A stretch of DNA of 64,000 nucleotides, from the NCBI GenBank assembly GCA_934122395.1, contig CAKOWQ010000001.1:125602-189601 (forward strand), given 5' to 3'. The position numbers were made by a program, and so were the translations under genes. This stretch comes from an uncultured Bacilli bacterium (GTDB lineage: Bacteria; Bacillota_I; Bacilli_A; RF39; UBA660). Below, one piece after another: positions 9,296-18,713 of the stretch. Under the pieces are notes generated by a model, which was not told where the DNA came from, ran no database searches, and saw only the letters and a program-made list of their open reading frames with translations. Within the stretch, counting starts at the first letter, position 1, and each line of letters starts with the position of its first letter.

Positions 9296-10750
9296 ATGAA
9301 TAAGAAACAAATAATAATAGTTGCAATGTGTTTAGTAGTATGTTTAATGATAGTAGGATATTCTATACTTGGACAGAACCTAAATATAGATGGAACGGCA
9401 GATATAGAGTCCAATTGGAATATATTATTTACTAGTGTAACAGCAAAAGAACAAACAAGTGGTGCAACATTTACTAGTACTCCTACAATAAGTGGAACAA
9501 CTCTAACATTTGGATTAGATTTAAAAGCACCAGGAGATGGAGTAAAGTTAGATGTAACAGTAGCAAATAAAGGAACATTAAATGCAATAATAAATAATAT
9601 TGAAGCCAAAAAGGGTGCTAATGAAGTAGTAAAGATAGAAATAACAGGAATAAAGAAAGGCGACAAACTAGGAAAAGGTGAATCAAAGACATTTGAAATT
9701 TATATAACATTTGATTCATCTGTAACAGATCAGCCAATAATGGATAGTGATATGTTAAGCGTGAGTGTAGACTTTGTCCAAGATGTAGGACAGACAATTA
9801 CAAGTGAAGACTTAGAAATAGTATCAATGGGATTAAGAAAGAAGATATTAAGAGATAATGAAGCACAAGCTGATACAAATATAGATTTTTCACAAATAAG
9901 TAGTGATACAAATGGGAAGGGCTTGTATTATACTTCAACAAACACTGAAGATAATAAAATAACATATTATTTTAGAGGAGCAGTAGAAAACAATTATGTA
10001 ACATTCGCTGGATTCACATGGCGAATAATAAGAATAAACGAAGATGGTAGCATAAGATTAATAAAGAAAGACACAATAGACTCTACAAAATTTGATAATG
10101 ATGATGGAGATGCAGCCTATGTAGGATATATGTATGGAACGCCGGACTCGTCGACATACGAGGAAACGCATAAAAATATTAATTCTAGTACTGTAAAAGA
10201 AGTGGTTGATACGTGGTATGAAAGTAATTTAATTGATTATACTTCGTTTTTATCAGATTCAGGTTTCTGCGGGGATAGAAGTATGGCTTCTAGTGCAGGT
10301 GTGTGGAGTGATATAGATACTGCATTAGGTTACGGATTTAATTATACATATTATGGAGCTAATAATAGATTAGATATAAACAGTACTCCACAATTTAAAT
10401 GCCCACAAGAAAACGACCTGTATACAACAACAACTGCCACGAAGGGTAACAAAGCATTAACATATCCGATAGGTTTAATAACAGCAGATGAAGCATCGTA
10501 TGCAGGAGCAGTACGTAACATATCAAACAAAACCAATTATTTAGCAGCAGCAGGTATATTCTGGACAATGTCACCGGCATCTTCTAGTAAAAAAGCTTAT
10601 GTCTTACGGGTACACACCGATGGCCGTATAGCTGCCGAAAACATTTTAACTGATAGATATGCTCGTCCAGTTATAAATCTCAAGCCAACAATAGAGATAA
10701 CAAAAGGTGATGGAACCCAAAATAATCCATATGTTATTAAAACAAACTAA
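9296..10750 (+). CDS. Secreted TasA/camelysin-like N-terminal domain protein with a large conserved C-terminal domain of unknown function (long paralog 1)
   Basis: Sec signal MNKKQIIIVAMCLVVCLMIVGYS, then a core TLTFGLDLKAPGDGVKLDVTVANKGTLNAIINNI resembling TasA/CalY L-x-PGD…N-G-S-L-A-I. About 85% nt identity in sampled stretches to the 62394–63884 gene. Confidence 0.55.
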   Translation: MNKKQIIIVAMCLVVCLMIVGYSILGQNLNIDGTADIESNWNILFTSVTAKEQTSGATFTSTPTISGTTLTFGLDLKAPGDGVKLDVTVANKGTLNAIINNIEAKKGANEVVKIEITGIKKGDKLGKGESKTFEIYITFDSSVTDQPIMDSDMLSVSVDFVQDVGQTITSEDLEIVSMGLRKKILRDNEAQADTNIDFSQISSDTNGKGLYYTSTNTEDNKITYYFRGAVENNYVTFAGFTWRIIRINEDGSIRLIKKDTIDSTKFDNDDGDAAYVGYMYGTPDSSTYEETHKNINSSTVKEVVDTWYESNLIDYTSFLSDSGFCGDRSMASSAGVWSDIDTALGYGFNYTYYGANNRLDINSTPQFKCPQENDLYTTTTATKGNKALTYPIGLITADEASYAGAVRNISNKTNYLAAAGIFWTMSPASSSKKAYVLRVHTDGRIAAENILTDRYARPVINLKPTIEITKGDGTQNNPYVIKTN

Positions 10751-10777
10751 AAGCGTTAAATTAATTAACGCTTTTTT
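10749..10777. terminator. Bidirectional intrinsic terminator
   Basis: aaaagcgttaa-attaa-ttaacgctttttt hairpin between convergent genes. Confidence 0.6.
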
Positions 10778-11351
10778 CCATTTCTCTTTTATCGATTATT
10801 TCTAAGTTTTTAATGTTTAAATTTATTAGATCGTTTTCTGGTATTAGTGCGTGATAAGTAATATTTGTTCCGTACTCTTTAGTAAATTGATAATCTTTTA
10901 GAAGATAATCAATTCTTTTTTGATCTTCATAATTAGTTATAAAACTTATTTCTAATCCTTTGATTAGTTCTATTTTATTACTATTTCTAATTACCTCACT
11001 AGCAGATTTAGAATATGCTCTAATTAGACCGCCAGCACCTAATTTAATACCACCAAAGTATCTTATTACAACACATAAAACATAATTCAAATTATTCTTT
11101 TCTAATGCTTGAAGAATAGGTAATCCTGCTGTACCCCCTGGTTCATTATCATCACTTGACTTTTTTCTATCATTAATTATATATCCATAACAATAATGAG
11201 TTGCGTCCTTATATTCATCTTTTATATTTTCTAATATATTATCTATTTCTTTTACATCTTTAACTTTTATTAGTACTGCTATAAATCTTGATTTTTTAAC
11301 TTCTAATTTATAAGTATAGTTATTATCAATTGTATACATAATAATCACCAA
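10761..11351 (-). CDS. yigZ: IMPACT/YigZ family protein
   Basis: Motifs KSRFIA, HYCYGY, NEPGGTAGLPIL, VIRYFGGIKLGAGGLIRAY. Confidence 0.75.
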   Translation of the reverse strand: MVIIMYTIDNNYTYKLEVKKSRFIAVLIKVKDVKEIDNILENIKDEYKDATHYCYGYIINDRKKSSDDNEPGGTAGLPILQALEKNNLNYVLCVVIRYFGGIKLGAGGLIRAYSKSASEVIRNSNKIELIKGLEISFITNYEDQKRIDYLLKDYQFTKEYGTNITYHALIPENDLINLNIKNLEIIDKREMEKSVN

Positions 11352-11415
11352 GACAATTATAACTTATTTTATTTTTAATTGCTATATTTATGATATAATT
11401 AACAAAGGTGATATT

Positions 11416-13203
11416 ATGACTGAAGAGACAAAAAACCATATTAAAGAAAAACTATCTTTAGTACCAGAACTTCCTGGTAGTTATCAAATGAAAAATAAAG
11501 ATGGGATAATTATTTATGTGGGTAAAGCTAAGAATTTAAAACGAAGAGTATCTAGTTATTTTAATAAAGTACAAACAGGAAAAACAGCAATGCTTGTCAA
11601 TGATATAGCTACTTTTGAATATATAGTTACTTCTTCTGAACTAGAGTCATTAATATTAGAAATTACTTTAATAAAAAAATATAATCCTAAATATAATATT
11701 CTTTTAAAGGATGATAAAAGTTATCCTTATATTGAACTTACTAATGATAAGTATCCTATAGTTAGAGTAGTAAGAAATATAAATCGTAAAAGAAGTAAAA
11801 ATCATTTATTTGGACCTTATCCTAATGTTTTTGCAGCCCGAAGAACGGTTGAAATTATTAATAGAATGTATCCTTTAAGGAAGTGTGCAACCCTAAAAAA
11901 AGATGTGTGTCTATATTATCACTTGGGTGAATGCTTGGGATACTGCAAATATAAAGATATAGATCCTAAAATTATATCTAATATGAAGGATGAGATAACT
12001 TCTTTCTTAAAAGGTGATGCTAGTATTATTACTAAGAAAATAGGAGATGATATGTATAAAGCTAGTGAAGCATTAAATTTTGAAAAAGCAAGTGAACTTA
12101 AAAGCATGCTAGATGATATTAATATTACTTTAAAGCGTCAGAAAATTGATTTAAATCGTAAATACAACTTTGATATTTTTGCATATTATCAAAATAATAA
12201 TTACTTGTCTATTCAATGCTTTTTCATAAGAGATGGTCTTTTATTTGGAAGACACAAAGATATCTTAACTATAGTAGATGATCCTAGTGAAGAATTAATA
12301 GAATATATCATTAAGTTTTATGAAAAAGATCATTTATTACCTAAAGAAATTGTAGTACCATCTAATATTGATTCATCTTTATTAGAAGAATATTTAAATG
12401 TTAAAGTGTTAGTTCCTAAAAAAGGTGATGTTAGAAAACTACTTGAGTTAGCTAGTGAAAATGCTAAAGTGGCTTTAACAGAGGAAGAAGAGATATTAAA
12501 AAAGAATGATAGTGCAAGACTTGAAGCTAAGAGTGACTTAGAAAAAATATTAAATATTGATAATATTACTAGAATAGAATGCTTTGATAACTCTCATTTA
12601 TTTGGTACATTTTATGTTGGTGGGATGGTTGTATTTGATGACTTTATTCCTAATAAAGATTTATATCGTAAATATAAAATTACTACTGGTGTAAAAGATG
12701 ATTTAAGTGCAATGAAAGAAGTTATTTATAGAAGATATTATAAAGTACTTATGGAAGAAGATACAGCACCTGATTTAATTGTTGTTGATGGTGGTGAACT
12801 TCAAGTAAAAACTGTAAGTGATGTTTTAACAAGTTTAGGATTAGATATTCCTATATTAGGATTAAAAAAAGATGATAAGCATCGTACTAGTAGCTTGATA
12901 GACAAAAATTTAAATGCTATTTCAGTTAATAATAGAAGTAATTTATTTTTATTCTTAACTAAAATTCAAGATGAAGTTCATCGTTTTGCTATTACGTATC
13001 ATAGAAATATTAAAAGTAAAGGAATGTTATCTAGTATTCTAGATTTTGTTCCAGGAATTGGTGAAAAACGTAAAAAGGAACTTTTAAAAACTTTTGGCTC
13101 TTTGAAAAAAATGAAGGAAGCATCTATTTTAGAATTAGAAACAGTTTTAAATAAAGATGTAGCTCTTAGTCTTTGGAACTATTTACATCAAGATGAAAAC
13201 TAA
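11416..13203 (+). CDS. uvrC: Excinuclease ABC subunit C
   Basis: 595 aa. N-terminal GIY-YIG domain (GIIIYVGKAKNLKRRVSSYF) and C-terminal HhH. Confidence 0.93.
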   Translation: MTEETKNHIKEKLSLVPELPGSYQMKNKDGIIIYVGKAKNLKRRVSSYFNKVQTGKTAMLVNDIATFEYIVTSSELESLILEITLIKKYNPKYNILLKDDKSYPYIELTNDKYPIVRVVRNINRKRSKNHLFGPYPNVFAARRTVEIINRMYPLRKCATLKKDVCLYYHLGECLGYCKYKDIDPKIISNMKDEITSFLKGDASIITKKIGDDMYKASEALNFEKASELKSMLDDINITLKRQKIDLNRKYNFDIFAYYQNNNYLSIQCFFIRDGLLFGRHKDILTIVDDPSEELIEYIIKFYEKDHLLPKEIVVPSNIDSSLLEEYLNVKVLVPKKGDVRKLLELASENAKVALTEEEEILKKNDSARLEAKSDLEKILNIDNITRIECFDNSHLFGTFYVGGMVVFDDFIPNKDLYRKYKITTGVKDDLSAMKEVIYRRYYKVLMEEDTAPDLIVVDGGELQVKTVSDVLTSLGLDIPILGLKKDDKHRTSSLIDKNLNAISVNNRSNLFLFLTKIQDEVHRFAITYHRNIKSKGMLSSILDFVPGIGEKRKKELLKTFGSLKKMKEASILELETVLNKDVALSLWNYLHQDEN

Positions 13204-13255
13204 TTTACTTGTTTTAAAAATAGATATATAATTATTTTAGAAGGATGTGTGATTT

Positions 13256-13618
13256 ATGAAGTTTATAAAGAATAATTTAAGAGTTGTAATTGCGGTTGGT
13301 ATTGCAATAGTTTTGATTGTTACAGGAGTAATACTTTTGAATAATAATGATAGTAAAACTAATGGGGATGATGTTATTGATAATACTAAAGTGAAGGAAG
13401 ATAACATTATTAATACTACGGGAATGTCAAGTGATGATGCAATAAAATTAGTAAAAGAAAACTTTGGTAGTGATAATTATAAGTTTAGTGCTGAAGTTAC
13501 AGATGATGGATTATATAAAGTAACTGTTATTAATGTAGTTGATGATAGTAAGATTATATATTATGTTGATCCTACTACTGGTAGTGCTTATATAGATATA
13601 GATATAGATATAGAATAG
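13256..13618 (+). CDS. Membrane-anchored hypothetical protein with C-terminal Asp-Ile repeats
   Basis: N-terminal TM. C-terminus …YIDIDIDIE is encoded by the (TATAGA)x4 repeat. Confidence 0.45.
   Translation: MKFIKNNLRVVIAVGIAIVLIVTGVILLNNNDSKTNGDDVIDNTKVKEDNIINTTGMSSDDAIKLVKENFGSDNYKFSAEVTDDGLYKVTVINVVDDSKIIYYVDPTTGSAYIDIDIDIE
13591..13614 (+). repeat. (TATAGA)x4 hexanucleotide tandem repeat, in frame at the 3' end of the CDS
   Basis: tatagatatagatatagatataga, read directly from the sequence. Confidence 0.8.
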
Positions 13619-13626
13619 GAATAGTT

Positions 13627-15408
13627 ATGAGTAAAATAAAATTAATGAGTGAAGACTTAGCTAATAAAATAGCAGCAGGTGAAGTAGTTGAAAGAACTAT
13701 GAACGTTGTTAAAGAATTAGTAGAAAATGCAATAGATGCTAAAAGTACCTCAATAAAAATTGATTTAATAGATAGTGGAGTTAAAGAAATATCTGTTACG
13801 GATGATGGAGTAGGGATGGATAAAGATGATGCTGTTTTGGCATTTTCTAGACATGCTACTAGTAAATTAAAGACTTTAGAAGATTTATTTAATATTGATA
13901 GTTTAGGTTTTCGTGGCGAAGCACTTCCATCTATCGCATCAGTTAGTAATGTAACTTTAAAAACTAGTGATGGAGTTACTGGCACTGAAGTTGTTATTCA
14001 TGGAGGAGAAATAATTAGTGTTAATTCTAGTGACTTAAAAAAAGGAACTAAAATAACTGTTAGTGATCTTTTCTATAATACTCCAGTTAGATTAAAATAC
14101 TTAAAGAATTTATATATAGAACTTGCTAATATAGTTGAATATGTTAATAAAATGGCTTTGTCTTTTCCTAATATTAGATTTGTTTTAACTAATAATGAAA
14201 AAGTACTTTTAAATACGGATGGACAAGGTAACTTACTTAAAGTTATTTATAGTATTTATGGGCTTGATGTTTCAAGAAAAATGATTAAGATCTCTGGTGA
14301 GAATAAGGATTATAGAATAGAAGGATATGTATCTTATCCTGAAGTTACTAGAGCAAGTAGAAATGTTATAACAACACTTGTAAATGGACGCGTAATTAGA
14401 AATAATGAATTAATTAGAACTATATTAGATAGTTATCACACATATATACCAGAAGGTAAAAATCCAATAGTGGTATTGAATATTGAGGTAGATCCATACT
14501 TGATAGATATTAATATTCACCCAACTAAAATGGATATTAAGTTTTCAGAATTTTCAGGATTAAAAGAACTTATTACTACTACTATAACTAAACAATTAGA
14601 AAATATTAATTTAATTCCTAAAGTTGAAGTAGCTACTTATAAAGATGTTAAAGTTGAGAATGGTACAACAGACTTAAAAAATATAATTGATAGTTATATT
14701 GAATCTAAAACACCTTCTCCTACATTAGAAAAAACATATGAAAATATAGAAGAAGTGACATTAGATTTTAGTGTTAGTGAAAATAGTGATATTAAAGAGC
14801 ATGAGGGTGAGGGTAGTGAATTTCGTGTTAAAAAGATGTATCCCGTTGGATTAGTGCATGCTACTTATATTATTGCTGAGAATGAAGATGGAATGTATAT
14901 AATAGATCAACACGCTGCTAATGAACGAATTAATTATGAAAAATATTTAAAAGCAATGGGTACCCATGATAATAAAATGATTGATTTATTAGTACCTATT
15001 AAAATTGAACTTCCTAATAATGATTATATTATTTTAAAAGAACATTGGGATCTATTAGAAGGCCTAAATTTTATTGTTGAAGAGTTTGGAATAAATACCA
15101 TATTAATAAGGAGTCATCCTTTTTGGTTACCTAATTATAATGTAGAAGAAGCAATAAGACGTATTATTGAGATAATAGTATCAAAAGAAGCTTTTGATAG
15201 TTATAAGTTTACAGAGAAGGTTGCTACTACTTTAGCTTGTAAAATGAGTATTAAAGCTAATGATCATATTTCTCTTGAACAAATGGAATATTTGCTTGAT
15301 ACTTTAAGAAAGTCAGAAAACCCATTTACTTGTCCACATGGTAGACCTACTATTATATCTTATTCAAAATATGAACTTGAAAAAATGTTTAAAAGAGCAA
15401 TGAACTAA
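13627..15408 (+). CDS. mutL: DNA mismatch repair protein MutL
   Basis: 593 aa. GHKL ATPase N-terminal motifs (AAGEVVER…VKELVENAIDA, DDGVGM) and a C-terminal dimerisation domain. Confidence 0.93.
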   Translation: MSKIKLMSEDLANKIAAGEVVERTMNVVKELVENAIDAKSTSIKIDLIDSGVKEISVTDDGVGMDKDDAVLAFSRHATSKLKTLEDLFNIDSLGFRGEALPSIASVSNVTLKTSDGVTGTEVVIHGGEIISVNSSDLKKGTKITVSDLFYNTPVRLKYLKNLYIELANIVEYVNKMALSFPNIRFVLTNNEKVLLNTDGQGNLLKVIYSIYGLDVSRKMIKISGENKDYRIEGYVSYPEVTRASRNVITTLVNGRVIRNNELIRTILDSYHTYIPEGKNPIVVLNIEVDPYLIDINIHPTKMDIKFSEFSGLKELITTTITKQLENINLIPKVEVATYKDVKVENGTTDLKNIIDSYIESKTPSPTLEKTYENIEEVTLDFSVSENSDIKEHEGEGSEFRVKKMYPVGLVHATYIIAENEDGMYIIDQHAANERINYEKYLKAMGTHDNKMIDLLVPIKIELPNNDYIILKEHWDLLEGLNFIVEEFGINTILIRSHPFWLPNYNVEEAIRRIIEIIVSKEAFDSYKFTEKVATTLACKMSIKANDHISLEQMEYLLDTLRKSENPFTCPHGRPTIISYSKYELEKMFKRAMN

Positions 15409-15479
15409 TATTGCTCTATTTAATTATTTGCTTGTACATAAGCTTTTGCTGTGTTATTATATGCAGTTGAGGTGGGAGA

Positions 15480-16052
15480 ATGCAATTTTTACGAAGATTT
15501 TTTGTTGAAGTTTATGATGATGATGGTATGTATGATGATTTTTTAAGGGGTGAAGTTGTTTTAGATAATGAGAAAGTGATGAATTGGACTAAAACAATGC
15601 GTTTACGTAACAAAGAATTTGCTACATCTATTAAAGCTTTTAATAGGGTATATCCTAAAACTAAAATTATTGAATCAGCTCTAGGCGATGGATTGTCAGT
15701 ATCGGAGTTTTTGTATAATAAAAGCGAAATAACTACAAGTGATTTTGGAAAATTTGAAATTGGTAAAAAACCTTTAGGTGATGATAGAAACCATTATATT
15801 TGTAATGGTTGGTTCTTAGATACTTTAGATAATATTTACAAAGTATTAGAAAAAGGTTCATTTACAGTAGGAATTTGTTGTGAGAAGAAGACTGACTTAT
15901 ATCGTGACGTTAAAACTCAATATAATAAGTTAAAAGACTTTCTAATGAGAAATGGTTATATAGCAGGATCAGTAGAAAAGAATTGTGGTACTAAAGACAG
16001 AGTTTATTTGTTAATGTATGATAGTATGAGAAATAAAAAAGTAGGAAGGTGA
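15480..16052 (+). CDS. Hypothetical protein (no recognised family)
   Basis: 190-aa ORF with coding-like composition between mutL and miaA. Confidence 0.4.
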   Translation: MQFLRRFFVEVYDDDGMYDDFLRGEVVLDNEKVMNWTKTMRLRNKEFATSIKAFNRVYPKTKIIESALGDGLSVSEFLYNKSEITTSDFGKFEIGKKPLGDDRNHYICNGWFLDTLDNIYKVLEKGSFTVGICCEKKTDLYRDVKTQYNKLKDFLMRNGYIAGSVEKNCGTKDRVYLLMYDSMRNKKVGR

Positions 16053-16056
16053 TTAT

Positions 16057-16929
16057 GTGATTGTTGTAATTGTAGGACCAACAGGAGTAGGCAAAACTAA
16101 AATGTCTATCGAACTAGCTAAAAAGATAGATGCTGAAATAATTAATGCTGACTCCATGCAAGTTTATAAAGGACTTGATATAGCAACAGCCAAAGTAAGA
16201 GAAGATGAAAAAGAAGGCATTGTTCATCATCTTTTAGATATTGTTGATCCTAATTATAATTACACAGTATATGATTATCAAAAAGATTGTAGAAAAGTAA
16301 TAGATGAAATATCAAGAAAAGGTAAGAATATAATAATAGTAGGAGGGACAGGACTTTATATTAAAGCTGCACTTTTTAACTACGAATTTACTAGTGAAGA
16401 TAATACTTATGACTTTTCTAAGATGAGTAATGAAGAAATACTAGGTAAAGTAAAAGAACATTTTCCTAATACAAGTATACATTTAAATAATAGAAAAAGA
16501 TTAGAACGAGAATTAACTAAAATATATAATGGATCCACTAATACTGGTAAAGGTAATATACCATTATATGACTTTAAAATAATTGGACTTTCATTGCCAA
16601 GAGATCTTTTATATGAAAGAATTAATAAGCGTGTAGATATAATGGTTAAAAACGGACTCTTAAAAGAAGCTAAATCATTATATGATGAAAAAATTAATAG
16701 TAAAGCAATTAATACAGGTATTGGTTATAAAGAGCTATATCAATATTTTGATGGGAATATAACTTTAGATGAAGCCTTAGATTTAATAAAAAAGAACTCA
16801 AGACATTATGCTAAAAGGCAATATACTTTTTTTAATAACCAATTTAATATGAAGTGGTTTGATATTGATCTAAGTAATTTTGATAGTACAATAAATGAAG
16901 TTTATACTTATATTAAAAAGGAGGACTAA
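16057..16929 (+). CDS. miaA: tRNA dimethylallyltransferase
   Basis: GTG start. P-loop VVIVGPTGVGKT and MiaA-like length. Confidence 0.88.
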   Translation: MIVVIVGPTGVGKTKMSIELAKKIDAEIINADSMQVYKGLDIATAKVREDEKEGIVHHLLDIVDPNYNYTVYDYQKDCRKVIDEISRKGKNIIIVGGTGLYIKAALFNYEFTSEDNTYDFSKMSNEEILGKVKEHFPNTSIHLNNRKRLERELTKIYNGSTNTGKGNIPLYDFKIIGLSLPRDLLYERINKRVDIMVKNGLLKEAKSLYDEKINSKAINTGIGYKELYQYFDGNITLDEALDLIKKNSRHYAKRQYTFFNNQFNMKWFDIDLSNFDSTINEVYTYIKKED

Positions 16930-17636
16930 TGCAAAGATATTTTTGTGATAGTAATGAAGAAGTAGTAACATTATCTAGTGATGATAGTTATCATATTACT
17001 AAAGTAATGCGTATGAATGTTGGCGATAATATAGAATTAGTTTCTAATAATAAATTATATATAGCAGAAATTATTAAAACTACACCTAATGTAATAGTTA
17101 AGAAAAACTCTATTCAAGAATCTTTTGATACAAATATTAACATTGATATAGCTCAAAGTATAGTAGTAGAACAGAAGATGGATTATATATTGCAAAAAGG
17201 AACAGAGTTGGGAGCTAACAAGTTTATTCCTCTAATTGTAGATAGAAGTGTTGTAAAACTAAATGATAAATCAGATAAAAAGCAAAAACGTTGGCAAACA
17301 ATTGTAAAGGAAGCAGCAGAACAATCAAAAAGATTAGAAGTACCAACTGTTGCAAACCCTTGTAACATAAAGGAACTTGCTAAATTAGATTATGATTTAA
17401 AAATTTTATGTAGTGTAAATGAGACGTCAAAAAATATAAAAACTGTCTTATCAAATATTAGTATAAGTGATAGAATATTAGTTGTAGTAGGATCGGAAGG
17501 TGGCTTTACTAATCTTGAAGAACAAGAATTAATAAAAAATGGATTCGTTTCAGCATCTCTAGGCAATAGAGTATTAAGAACTGAAACGGCTTCTTTATTT
17601 GTATTAAGTGTAATTAATTATATATTTATGAGGTGA
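16929..17636 (+). CDS. rsmE: 16S rRNA (uracil1498-N3)-methyltransferase RsmE
   Basis: 235 aa. PUA-like N-terminus and C-terminal SPOUT motif VVVGSEGGFT. Confidence 0.8.
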   Translation: MQRYFCDSNEEVVTLSSDDSYHITKVMRMNVGDNIELVSNNKLYIAEIIKTTPNVIVKKNSIQESFDTNINIDIAQSIVVEQKMDYILQKGTELGANKFIPLIVDRSVVKLNDKSDKKQKRWQTIVKEAAEQSKRLEVPTVANPCNIKELAKLDYDLKILCSVNETSKNIKTVLSNISISDRILVVVGSEGGFTNLEEQELIKNGFVSASLGNRVLRTETASLFVLSVINYIFMR

Positions 17637-17640
17637 TTTT

Positions 17641-18663
17641 ATGACAGCATTTTTTGAGTTTCTTTCTTCTAATGAATTAACTATAGTAATTTGTTTAATG
17701 GTTGTTATTTTTCTTCTTATTATGACCGTTATTATGATTGATATAGTATCAAAAAGAAAAAATAATGATTTAATTGATAATGATCAATATGATGTAAACA
17801 AAGAATTAGAAGATACTAATATTAAGTTTGATAAAGATGGATTAGGAATGATTGCAAATTCTGAAGCTATTAAAGATTTGGATATGGATGCAATCACTAA
17901 AAATCTTGAAAAAACTAAAGAAATAGAAGAAATCAAATATGTTGAAGAAGATGCGGAATTAGAAAAAACTAAAGCTTTATTGGAACTTGAAACTATTAAG
18001 AAAGAACTTGCTAAACTAGAAGCAGAAAAAGAAATGCAGATAAAGCCACGGGAAGAAAAGAAAGAAGAAGTAAAAATTGAAGAACCTCAAATTATTAAAG
18101 AGGAAGTACCTGTTATTAATGAAGTGCCAGTTGAAAAATTAGAAGATAGTGTAGAAAATAATATAGAAAATGAAAGTACTACTCAAGAAAATGATTCTCT
18201 TGTAGAACTTCAAACTAAAATCAATACTTATGAGGATGAGGTTAATAATTTTGAATCGATGCAAGAAGAAAATGCTATTATAAGTGTTGAAGAACTTACA
18301 AAAGCTAGTCAAAATATTACTGATGAAGAGATAGAACAGTATGAAGATGATGGTAATGAACCTATCTCTTTAAAAGAACTAGAAGCTTTATATAAAAGTG
18401 TAGAACAAGAAGAAGTACCACAACTAGTAAAAAAGGAAGAAGAACCTATTCCAGCTGAGGATATTGTTAAACCAGCTAGTGAAGTGTACGATGATAAAGA
18501 ATTTAAAAATACTCCTGTTATTTCACCAGTTTATGGGCTTAAAAAGACAGAAGCTAGTATAGCACTAGAACAAACAGCGAATTTAGATAAATTAAATGAA
18601 GAAATTAGAAAAACAAATGAATTTTTATTAGCACTGAAAGAATTAAGAAAAAATTTAGATTAA
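17641..18663 (+). CDS. Membrane-anchored, highly acidic Glu/Lys-rich coiled-coil protein
   Basis: N-terminal TM, then low-complexity E/K-rich sequence. No catalytic motifs. Confidence 0.45.
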   Translation: MTAFFEFLSSNELTIVICLMVVIFLLIMTVIMIDIVSKRKNNDLIDNDQYDVNKELEDTNIKFDKDGLGMIANSEAIKDLDMDAITKNLEKTKEIEEIKYVEEDAELEKTKALLELETIKKELAKLEAEKEMQIKPREEKKEEVKIEEPQIIKEEVPVINEVPVEKLEDSVENNIENESTTQENDSLVELQTKINTYEDEVNNFESMQEENAIISVEELTKASQNITDEEIEQYEDDGNEPISLKELEALYKSVEQEEVPQLVKKEEEPIPAEDIVKPASEVYDDKEFKNTPVISPVYGLKKTEASIALEQTANLDKLNEEIRKTNEFLLALKELRKNLD

Positions 18664-18667
18664 TATG

Positions 18668-18700
18668 CTATAATATTTATTATTATAGCTTTTTATTTGG
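18668..18700 (+). terminator. Intrinsic terminator
   Basis: ctataatatttattattatag hairpin followed by a T run. Confidence 0.45.
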
Positions 18701-18713
18701 AAGGAAGTAGAGT

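Noticed and set aside
9181-9666. 161-aa minus-strand ORF overlapping the promoter and 5' part of the TasA-like gene
   Set aside because: Antisense to a gene with good RBS, signal peptide and paralog support.
13575-13985. 136-aa minus-strand ORF antisense to mutL
   Set aside because: Nested in mutL, and mutL is unambiguous.
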